37,975 nt of DNA, from the NCBI GenBank assembly GCA_041619515.1, contig JBFKDW010000021.1:1-37975 (forward strand). The letters run 5' to 3'. The translations under genes were made by a program, and so were the position numbers. This document shows, in pieces, positions 1 through 7,711 of the stretch. Below the pieces are notes generated by a model, which did no database searches, was not told the DNA's origin, and saw nothing but the letters and a program-made list of their open reading frames with translations. Position 1 is the stretch's first letter, and each line of letters opens with the position of its first letter. Source of the DNA: Acidimicrobiia bacterium. GTDB lineage: Bacteria; Actinomycetota; Acidimicrobiia; Spongiisociales; SHLN01.

Positions 1-1658
1 GTCGCATCCGACGGACCCGCATTCGCCACCGTGACCACAAACCTCGCCGCATCCCCCACAAAACTCGGACCAGCCGTCTCCACCTTGCTCACCGACACAT
101 CCACCAACGCATCAACATCAACGAAAGCGGAATCCTGATCGACCAGATCCGGCCCGAAGCTGGGAACGACCGTCGCGGTAGCCGTGTTCAGGGTGTCGAC
201 CGTCAGAGTGGTCGAGCAGCCGTACACCCAGATCTCGCCGGGGTCGAGCACGTTGTTCGCGTTCGCATCGCCGCTGCTCGGACCGGACACCGGTGCACAG
301 GCGTCGTCCGTTACGCCGACGTTTGCCACTGGAAAGGGCTCTGTGCCAGTGTTCTCCAGCTGGTATGAATAGACGGCGGACTCTCCGGCGTTGATCGTCG
401 GCGTGCTCGTGCTCTTGGTCAACGCGATGGCGGGGATGGTGTAGCCGAAATCGTTGTCCGGATCCGTCACCCCATAGGCGGTCCCGAAGTCGACGGCGCG
501 GCGTCCGACAGTGGTGAGCCGCGAGCCGGCCGGAAGCGTGGCTGCCACCAGGTCGACGATGAAGGCGCCAGAGGCCCCTACCGCGAAGCTGTAGAAACCC
601 GCTCCGTTCGAGGACGTCGTCTCCAGGATGTCGCCGGCGTCCAGCACACCGTCGAACGTGACATCGTCGGCATTTGTGAGAAGGCCATCGCCGTCGACAT
701 CCCGGTAGAGGTTGACCGTGTGCCCGGACGTGCCGGTGTCACCAGCCCCGAACACCGAGTCGACGTTGCGATCGAGATACGCGGTACCCGTGATCGTGTT
801 CGACATCGGCCCTCCCACCCGGTAGCACCCGAGAGACTCGAAGTCCGAGCCCGGATTGAGGGCGATGGGGTTGCTCGAGTTCCCGTTGCTCGGATCGATG
901 TGCCAGAGCGTCCGACCGCCACCGGTGGTTCCGCGCAGTCCGCCGATGTCATTCCAGCTGAGGCCTTCCATGTCGGTGGGCCCGAATTCCCCGACCGATT
1001 GGATGACCGCACCGGTCGCTTTGTTGATGGTGACCAGCGTGTCTCTGCCACCGGCGTTGGCGACGCCCCACAGCGAACCGGTCGTCGGATCGAAGGCGAG
1101 GTCGTCGATATCGTAGAGAGCGGCCCCGCCGTCGTCGACGGCCCCGGCGATGGGACCAATGACACTCACGACCCCGGTGCCGATGTTGATGGTCGCCAGA
1201 TCGTCGTAGACGCCGCCGGCGCCGCTTTGTCCGTCGGCGCGGCGAATCGCGCCGTACATGACACCGGTGAACGGATCGATCCCCAGGCCATCCATGTCCA
1301 GGCCGCTGTTCGCCCCGATCGGCGAGAACACGCCGGATGTCTGGTTGAGCGTTCCCAGCTGGCCGGCGTCCATGGCGTAGAGCACCGAGTTCACGGGATC
1401 CCACGAGATGGCCTCGATGTTGGGGACGCCGGTCGCACCGATGGTCTGATAGCTCGGCCCGTCGTAGTTGTACCGATAGAGCGTGTTGTTTCCATCCGAC
1501 ACGGTGAAGCAGCTCTCTCCGGGTGCGGCAGACGCCGGAGTGAGCGGCCCGATCTCACCGGCTACCTGGGCGGCCACCAGGAGCACCACCAGTGCAATCT
1601 GGAGCAACGAAACAGGCCGGTGCTTGACCGACCCGGGGCGGGCCTTGGAACGTGACAA
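1..1658 (-). CDS. Large secreted surface protein, 5' part (signal peptide, beta-propeller, SdrD B-like domain, DUF11/DUF7507-type Ig-like repeats); runs off the left edge
   Basis: Manual translation of the minus strand is open from TTG at 1658 (in-frame TAG just upstream) to position 1: MSRSKARPGSVKHRPVSLLQIALVVLLVAAQVAGEIGPLTPASA-APGESC... Propeller-like repeats (IEAISWDPVNSVLYA, MDGLGIDPFTGVMYG, IDDLAFDPTTGSLWG, MEGLSWNDIGGLRG), SdrD-B-like ITGTAYLDRNVD...VNLYRDVDGDG...NGAGFYSF...DNDFGY, then IALTKS...YSYQLENTG...VLDPGEIWVYGC and VDVSVSKV...FVVTVANAGPSDA. Absent from the ORF track because its stop is outside the window. Confidence 0.85.
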   Translation of the reverse strand, partial: MSRSKARPGSVKHRPVSLLQIALVVLLVAAQVAGEIGPLTPASAAPGESCFTVSDGNNTLYRYNYDGPSYQTIGATGVPNIEAISWDPVNSVLYAMDAGQLGTLNQTSGVFSPIGANSGLDMDGLGIDPFTGVMYGAIRRADGQSGAGGVYDDLATINIGTGVVSVIGPIAGAVDDGGAALYDIDDLAFDPTTGSLWGVANAGGRDTLVTINKATGAVIQSVGEFGPTDMEGLSWNDIGGLRGTTGGGRTLWHIDPSNGNSSNPIALNPGSDFESLGCYRVGGPMSNTITGTAYLDRNVDSVFGAGDTGTSGHTVNLYRDVDGDGLLTNADDVTFDGVLDAGDILETTSSNGAGFYSFAVGASGAFIVDLVAATLPAGSRLTTVGRRAVDFGTAYGVTDPDNDFGYTIPAIALTKSTSTPTINAGESAVYSYQLENTGTEPFPVANVGVTDDACAPVSGPSSGDANANNVLDPGEIWVYGCSTTLTVDTLNTATATVVPSFGPDLVDQDSAFVDVDALVDVSVSKVETAGPSFVGDAARFVVTVANAGPSDA

Positions 1659-1786
1659 TTTCTGCTTCTACCGGTGTCGGGGTTTCCTCGGCTGTCTGGT
1701 TCGGTCGCCGGACCGTGGGACTTTAGGAGAAGCTCGCTCCGGGTGGCGGTAATCCACCGCCGGCTGAAGCTGCCAGAATCGACACC

Positions 1787-3361
1787 ATGCATCTCGTTCG
1801 AGCCGATCGGGTGATCGCACCAGGCGCGGGGCCGGCCGATGCGATGCTGATCGAATCCGGCCGGGTGGCGGCGGTGGGGCCGGCCGAGGAGCTCGGAGCC
1901 GGCGCCGACACGTCGGAGAGCTTGGCGGGGGTCATCGTGCCGGGCCTGCGTGACGCCCATTTCCATCCCGTCACGTATGCCGCCTCACTGGTCGTGCCCT
2001 CGTTGAAGACCGCCCGCGACTTCGCCGACATCGGAGAACGGCTTCGCCTGGCTGCCGGAGGGCTCCCGCCGGGGATGCCGATCAGTGCCATACGGCTGGA
2101 CGATGAGACGCTGGCCGAGCGACGCCTCCCGACTCGTGAAGACCTCGACACGATGATGGTCGATCGACCGGTCATCATCCATCGGTACTGCGGGCATATC
2201 GCAGTTGCGAACTCGGCAGCGCTGGGTGTCGCCGCCGCTACCCGCTCCACACCAGATCCGGTGGGTGGCACCCTCGACCGGGATGAGCACGGGGAGCCGA
2301 CCGGCGTGCTGCGGGAAATGGGGATCGAAACGGTTTCGCTGCCGCTGGCAAGCCGGGCCGGGCAGACGGTGTCCGACGATCAGGTCGTCGATGCCATGTA
2401 CGCCCTCGCGGCCGTCGGCCTAACGAGCATCTCCGGAATAGTCGGATGCGGCGACGGGCCGTGGGCGGATCTCGGAGACCAGTTCTCACAGCTCGTGAGG
2501 GTTGCCCACCGATTGCCCATCAACGTGCGGGTCCTCGTGATCGGCCGGGACTCCGAGCAGCTGCGAGATGCCGCCCATCGGATCCGGGAAACCGGATCCC
2601 CCCGGCTGACGTTTCTGGGAGTGAAGATATTCGGCGACGGGAGCCTCGGCGGCCATACCGCTGCCATGCACGAGCCATTCACCGACCGCGACACGACCGG
2701 CCAACTGCGATTCGACCCGGCGGCCGCCCTCCCCCTCGCAGAAGCTGCCCTCGAGCTCGACGGGGTCGTGGCCATCCATGCCATCGGCGATGCCGCCAAT
2801 GCTGCGGTCCTGTCCTTCTACGAGAGATTGATCGAGCGGGAGGCCGATCCACACCGGCTCCGCATCGAGCATGCTTCGGTCCTGGGTGCGGCCGAGATCG
2901 CCGCCTTCGCCCGGCTGGGTGTCGTTGCCTCGGTCCAGCCGGCGTTCCTGGCATCGGAAACGCAGTGGCTGGAGAAGCGGGTGGGTGCGGAGCGGCTCGC
3001 GGACTGCTACCCGTTCCGATCCCTACTGGAGGCGGGGGTGCCGCTGGCAGGAGGCTCAGACTGCCCGGTTGAGCCTCCTCACCCCCTGGCGGGCATGGCG
3101 GCGGCCCGCGACCGATGCGGAATCGTCCCCGAGGAGGGGCTCACCGCCGAGCAGGCGTTCCGGCTGTTCACAACCGGGGCGGCCCGGGCGATGCTCGAGC
3201 CGACGCCGCTGGCCGCCGGCAGCCCGGCTGACTTCGTGGTCCTCGACGTCGACCCGCTGGCGGCAACCCCCGATGAGCTGCGGGCCGCCCGCGTGCTCGG
3301 TACCTACCTGGACGGCCGCCGCGTCGACGTTCCCGATGGAACCGTGCCCTGGAAGGACTAG
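1787..3361 (+). CDS. Amidohydrolase family 3 (YtcJ-like) metal-dependent hydrolase
   Basis: PGLRDAHFH (HxH), GHIAVANSAAL, GEPTGVLRE, KIFGDGSLGGHTAAM, HAIGDAAN, RIEHAS, AGGSDCPV motifs. Confidence 0.9.
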   Translation: MHLVRADRVIAPGAGPADAMLIESGRVAAVGPAEELGAGADTSESLAGVIVPGLRDAHFHPVTYAASLVVPSLKTARDFADIGERLRLAAGGLPPGMPISAIRLDDETLAERRLPTREDLDTMMVDRPVIIHRYCGHIAVANSAALGVAAATRSTPDPVGGTLDRDEHGEPTGVLREMGIETVSLPLASRAGQTVSDDQVVDAMYALAAVGLTSISGIVGCGDGPWADLGDQFSQLVRVAHRLPINVRVLVIGRDSEQLRDAAHRIRETGSPRLTFLGVKIFGDGSLGGHTAAMHEPFTDRDTTGQLRFDPAAALPLAEAALELDGVVAIHAIGDAANAAVLSFYERLIEREADPHRLRIEHASVLGAAEIAAFARLGVVASVQPAFLASETQWLEKRVGAERLADCYPFRSLLEAGVPLAGGSDCPVEPPHPLAGMAAARDRCGIVPEEGLTAEQAFRLFTTGAARAMLEPTPLAAGSPADFVVLDVDPLAATPDELRAARVLGTYLDGRRVDVPDGTVPWKD

Positions 3362-3390
3362 CCGCTGCTCGCAACCGGATCCGTAGACCC

Positions 3391-5022
3391 TCACTGGGCA
3401 TAGTTCGAGCTGGCTCGAAACGTCTCGAGCACGTGCACGTTGACCAGTGCTGCCTGTCCCGACTCCCGAGCCTCGTCGAGCGCCGCCGCCATTCGGCTCG
3501 CCTTGCGAACGAAGCTGCCGTGGCCCCCCAGTCCCGAGACCACGGCATGGTACGGGCGAACGCCGAGGTCGGTTGCCACCAGCCGGTCGGGGTAGAAGGC
3601 GGCATGGAAGGTCTTGATGTTGTTCCAGACCCCGTCGTTCCCGACCACTCCGATGATCGCAAGGTCGTGGCGCAGAAACGTGTCGTACTCCATGCCGTGG
3701 AAGCCGAATCCTCCGTCGCCGAAGACGATGCCGACCTCCCGGTCGGGATGAACCACCTTGGCGGCCAGCGCGTAACCCGGCCCGGTGCCAAGCGTCCCGA
3801 ACGGCCCGGGGTCGAGCAGGTGGCCCGGGTGTGAGATCTGCAGCCACTTGGCGGTGGTCGAGACGATGTCGCCCCCATCGACGGCGACGATGGCATCCGC
3901 CCCGAAGAACTCGCCTACCTCACGCCCGAAACGCTCGGGATGGACCGGGGCGTCCACCGAGTCGGCGAGATCACTCGCGGCAGACAGCTTCTGGGCTTCA
4001 GTCGCACGCAGCTGGTTGGTCCACCCGGCGACGTTGCTGCGACCGTAGGTCGCTTTTCGACGTTCGAGAAGGTCGAGGAACCTGCCGGGATCGGCGACGA
4101 TGCCGACATGGGCAGCCCGGTTCCACCCGATCTTGGTGGGCTCGGCATCCACCTGCACGACGGTCGCCCCGGGATTGATCGTGGAGCCGTAGCCGGTGCG
4201 GAAGTCCCAGTCGACACCCAGCGCCAGAACGAGATCGGCTTCCCGGAAGGCCTCGCTCCGGGTGCGACTACCGAGCAACTCGTGACCGAATGGGAGCGCC
4301 CCGCGTGCCGAGCCGTTGAGATACACCATCGCCCCGAGCGCCTCTGCGAACGGCTGGAGCGGCTCGGCCAGCTGTGGCCGCAGGCCGCCGCCGGCGAACA
4401 CCACCGGACGCTCGGCGCGCAGCAGCAGCTCGGCGATCCGGTCCACCACGGCGTCCTCGGCCCCGAGGGCCTCGCTGTGGCGGTAGCTCTCGGGCCAGTC
4501 GACGGCGTCCTCCCTCACCATGTCGGCCTGGACGTCGAGCGGAACGTCGAGGAAGACCGGCCCGCCCCGGCCTGCGAAGGCATGGCGGGCTGCGATGGCG
4601 ATGTAGTCGGCCAGGCGTGCCGTCTCCCAGGCGGTGGCCGCCCAGCGGGTCACCGGCCGCACCAGACCCGGGTGGTCCATTTCCTGCAGCCCGCCCCGCT
4701 GCTCCTGGCGGATGAAATGCCGGCCCCCGAGCAGCAGCATCGGAGAGCCCGAGAAGTAGGCGGCGGCCAGGGCGGTGAGCGTGTCGGTCACTCCCGGCCC
4801 TGCGGTCACCGCAGCTACCCCGAGACGGCCGGTCAGCCTGGTATACGCCTCGGCGGCATGGGCGGCGGTCTGTTCGTGACGGACATCGACCACCCGGATG
4901 TTCTCCTGGACGCACCCGTCCAGGATCGGAACGATGTGGCCGCCCGTGAGGGTGAACACTGTGTCGACACCCTCGGCTCTCAGCGCCCGGGCGATGATCT
5001 GTCCGCCGTGGATTCCCGCCAT
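3391..5022 (-). CDS. Thiamine-diphosphate-dependent enzyme (acetolactate synthase-like / 2-hydroxyacyl-CoA lyase-like)
   Basis: VFTLTGGHI, DVRHEQTAAHAAEAY (catalytic Glu), TAGPGVT, LDPGPFGTLGTG, ThDP motif GDGGFGF...VVGNDGVW. Confidence 0.88.
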   Translation of the reverse strand: MAGIHGGQIIARALRAEGVDTVFTLTGGHIVPILDGCVQENIRVVDVRHEQTAAHAAEAYTRLTGRLGVAAVTAGPGVTDTLTALAAAYFSGSPMLLLGGRHFIRQEQRGGLQEMDHPGLVRPVTRWAATAWETARLADYIAIAARHAFAGRGGPVFLDVPLDVQADMVREDAVDWPESYRHSEALGAEDAVVDRIAELLLRAERPVVFAGGGLRPQLAEPLQPFAEALGAMVYLNGSARGALPFGHELLGSRTRSEAFREADLVLALGVDWDFRTGYGSTINPGATVVQVDAEPTKIGWNRAAHVGIVADPGRFLDLLERRKATYGRSNVAGWTNQLRATEAQKLSAASDLADSVDAPVHPERFGREVGEFFGADAIVAVDGGDIVSTTAKWLQISHPGHLLDPGPFGTLGTGPGYALAAKVVHPDREVGIVFGDGGFGFHGMEYDTFLRHDLAIIGVVGNDGVWNNIKTFHAAFYPDRLVATDLGVRPYHAVVSGLGGHGSFVRKASRMAAALDEARESGQAALVNVHVLETFRASSNYAQ

Positions 5023-5034
5023 GCTTCCCCAAAC

Positions 5035-5403
5035 CTACCGGTCGAGGAACCGGTCCCGCTCAACCACTACTCGCCATATTCGCGCCACCGAAACTGCGCC
5101 GCCGCCGCCATCGGCGACGGTAACGGTGAAATGGAGGCGCCGGGCATCCACCTCCACCAGAGTGGCTCGCGCCGTAACCGTCTCTCCCACCGGGGTGGGT
5201 TTCATGTGGTCGCATTCGATTCGCGTGCCGACGCTGGTTGAGGCTTCGGGCAGCTGACCGGACACCGCCGCCACAGTCGCCTCTTCGCACAAGGCGACAA
5301 TGCGGGGCGTGCCCAGCACGGGAACGTCGCCGGACCCGAGGGCGATGGCGGTATCCGATTCGCCAACGGTCAACATGATCTCGGCGGTCAAGCCCGGCTG
5401 CAC
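5035..5403 (-). CDS. Hotdog-fold thioesterase, fluoroacetyl-CoA thioesterase (FlK) family
   Basis: DTAIALGSGDVPVLGTPRIVALCEEA (Thr/Glu) and SVGTRIECDHMKPTPVG (His) match the FlK triad region; AGGAG upstream of the GTG start. Confidence 0.85.
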   Translation of the reverse strand: MQPGLTAEIMLTVGESDTAIALGSGDVPVLGTPRIVALCEEATVAAVSGQLPEASTSVGTRIECDHMKPTPVGETVTARATLVEVDARRLHFTVTVADGGGGAVSVARIWRVVVERDRFLDR

Positions 5404-5468
5404 CTGTGCTCCTGGTCGTCGCTCCCCGGACGCTACCGCCTGGACAGGCCGGATGCCTCTAGCGCCAC

Positions 5469-5733
5469 GCCGGAGGGGTGGTGGTGAGCTACTTCGAGTG
5501 GGTTCAGAATCTCGAGAATCGCCAGTGGGACGAGCACGATGCTCGGAGCGGTCGATACGGTGCCAACCAGGCGCATCTCACTGCTCGAGCGGCTCGACGA
5601 GCACCGGGAGGCCTGGGCCCGGGCTCACCCCGGTGCCGAACCGCTGCCGACCCCCGACCTGCGGACGGCGGCGTACGTTGTGGCCGTCAGCCGCTGCCTC
5701 AATACCCTCGTAGAGCGCGGCATCTTTCCGTAG
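5469..5733 (+). pseudogene. 3' remnant of a Glu/Leu/Phe/Val dehydrogenase (gdhA-like), frameshifted
   Basis: AGGVVVSYFEWVQN (conserved GDH C-terminal motif) in one frame, DLRTAAYVVAVSRCLNTLVERGIFP* (typical GDH C-terminus) in the next frame; frame switch at 5538-5541; in-frame TAG at 5460-5462 and no room for the N-terminal domains. Confidence 0.85.
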
Positions 5734-5756
5734 GGCGGTCCGACTAACTTCGGAGC

Positions 5757-7238
5757 ATGTCGCTACGCCTGCCCTCGCCTTGCCTGGTCGTGCTGGTCGG
5801 GCCGTCCGGTTCCGGCAAGACCAGCTGGGCTCGGGAGCAGTTCCCGGCCGGCCACATCGTCAGCTCGGATGAGCTTCGTGCCCGGGTGGGAATCGACGAG
5901 CACGACCAGAAGGCCAGCAAGGACGCCTTCGAGCTGCTCGACGCAATCGTCGCCAAGCGGCTGGCCCGGGGCTTGACGACCGTGATCGACACGCTGGGCC
6001 TCAACCACGACCAGCGTGCTCGCCACCGCCAGGTGGCCGCCGGCTACGGGGTCCCCTGCTATGCGATCGGGTTCGACACTCCGGCGAAGGTATGCCGGGA
6101 ACGCAACCAGCTGCGGTCCCGGCCGGTTCCGGCGAACGTGCTGTCCGGCCAGATCAAGCAATGGCTCGACGTCCGGGAACGTCTCGGCGACGAGGGCTTC
6201 GCGGCGGTCTTCGAACCGGGCACCGTCGCCCTCGTGCCGGCCGACCAGCTGGCCGCGGACGCCGGGGCCGCCGCCCAGCGCCGCGACCCCCGCAAGCTCT
6301 CGTTCGGGCTGCAGGTCAACAGCTTTAACTGGCAGGGTGGCTCGGCGGAACTTGCCGGGCATCTGGCCGCCATCGGACGGGCCGCCGAGGCTGCAGGCTT
6401 CTCGAGCCTGTGGGTGATGGACCACTTCCGGCAGATACCGCAGGTGGGGCCGGAATGGCATGACATGCTGGAGAGCTACACCACGCTCGGGTACCTGGCT
6501 GCCGTCACCGAGCGCATCCGTCTCGGTGTGTTGGTGTCCGGGATCATGTTTCGCAATCCCGCCCATCTCGGCAAGATCGTCGCCACCCTCGATGTGCTGT
6601 CCGGTGGCCGCGCCGTGTGCGGCCTCGGGATCGGATGGTTCGCCAAGGAGCACGAGGCCTACGGGTGGGAGTTCCCGCCGGTGGCCGATCGCTACGCACT
6701 GCTGGAGGACGTTCTGCAGATGCTGCCGGTGCTGTGGGGGCCGGGTTCGCCCGCGTTCGAAGGCTCGGTGCTCACGCTCCCCGAGACGATGTGCTATCCG
6801 CGGCCGATTCAGGACCCGGTGCCGATCCTGGTGGGCGGCTCCGGCGAGAAGCAGACATTGCGGCTGGTCGCCCGCTACGCCCATGCCTGCAACCTGTTCG
6901 GCGACCCGGCCGCGATTGCCGGCAAGATCGATGTGATCGAGCGCCACTGTGCAGACGTCGGCCGCGACCCCGACGAGATCGAGATCACCAACCTCTCGAC
7001 CGTGCTGATCGCCCCAAATCGAGCCGAGCTCGAGGCCGAAGTCGACCGGCTGCGCCCCGCCAACCGCTCGGCCGAGGCATTTGCCGCCCAGGTCAATGCC
7101 GGCACGGCCGAGGACCACATCGGGCGGTTCCGTGCCTATGCCGAAGCGGGCCTCCAGTCGGCGATCATCACCATGCCCGACCTCTCCAACCTCGGCTCGA
7201 TTGAGGCGTTCGCACCGGTGATCGCAGCCTTTGCGTAG
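5757..7238 (+). CDS. Fusion protein: N-terminal P-loop kinase (AAA_33/Pnkp-kinase-like) + LLM-class, probably F420-dependent, oxidoreductase
   Basis: N-term LVVLVGPSGSGKT...SSDELR...DQKASKDAFELL...KRLARGLTTVID...RERNQLR; C-term AEAAGFSSLWVMDHFRQIPQVG, LESYTTLGYLAAVT, FRNPAHLGKIVATLDVLSGGRA, ETMCYPRP, ILVGGSGEKQTLRLVARYAHACNLFG. Confidence 0.88.
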   Translation: MSLRLPSPCLVVLVGPSGSGKTSWAREQFPAGHIVSSDELRARVGIDEHDQKASKDAFELLDAIVAKRLARGLTTVIDTLGLNHDQRARHRQVAAGYGVPCYAIGFDTPAKVCRERNQLRSRPVPANVLSGQIKQWLDVRERLGDEGFAAVFEPGTVALVPADQLAADAGAAAQRRDPRKLSFGLQVNSFNWQGGSAELAGHLAAIGRAAEAAGFSSLWVMDHFRQIPQVGPEWHDMLESYTTLGYLAAVTERIRLGVLVSGIMFRNPAHLGKIVATLDVLSGGRAVCGLGIGWFAKEHEAYGWEFPPVADRYALLEDVLQMLPVLWGPGSPAFEGSVLTLPETMCYPRPIQDPVPILVGGSGEKQTLRLVARYAHACNLFGDPAAIAGKIDVIERHCADVGRDPDEIEITNLSTVLIAPNRAELEAEVDRLRPANRSAEAFAAQVNAGTAEDHIGRFRAYAEAGLQSAIITMPDLSNLGSIEAFAPVIAAFA

Positions 7239-7276
7239 CGACGCGTGTTCAGACGCTCACCGGCGGCGCCCCCGGG

Positions 7277-7651
7277 CTAAATCCACTCGTCCTCGCTCGT
7301 GAGCTCGTTACCCGCCACGTCGCCGGTGTTCACAACACGGGCCGGCTCCAGGAGCAGAATCTCGCACTTCTCGTGCGCGACCGGACGGTGCTCGAACCCC
7401 TGCGGCACGACGAAGAACTCTCCGGCCTCGAGTGTCGCATCGGAGCGACCTGCGAGCTGGATGGTCATCCGGCCCCGGTGAACGAGGAAGAACTCTTCGG
7501 TGTCCGGATGGGAATGCCAGACGAACTCGCCCTCGATCTTGACAGCCTTGAGGTGTAGCTCGTTGATCTGTCCGATGACTTTGGGGGACCAGCGGTCGTG
7601 AAATATGGCGAACTTGTCGGCGAGGTTGACCGGGATGTCTGGTGCCGCCAT
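7277..7651 (-). CDS. Cupin domain protein
   Basis: VNLADKF...WSPKVIG...VKIEGEFVWHSHPDTEEFFLV...GEFFVVPQGFEHRPVA; AAGGAGG RBS. Confidence 0.9.
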   Translation of the reverse strand: MAAPDIPVNLADKFAIFHDRWSPKVIGQINELHLKAVKIEGEFVWHSHPDTEEFFLVHRGRMTIQLAGRSDATLEAGEFFVVPQGFEHRPVAHEKCEILLLEPARVVNTGDVAGNELTSEDEWI

Positions 7652-7711
7652 CGGCCCTCCTTGTCGTTGGCGGGCGGGTCCCCGTCGCCGACGAGGACGC
7701 CCGGCGAACCT

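Noticed and set aside
720..1655. 311-aa plus-strand ORF and other short ORFs in 184-1966
   Set aside because: Shadow frames of the minus-strand surface-protein gene; no recognisable motifs.
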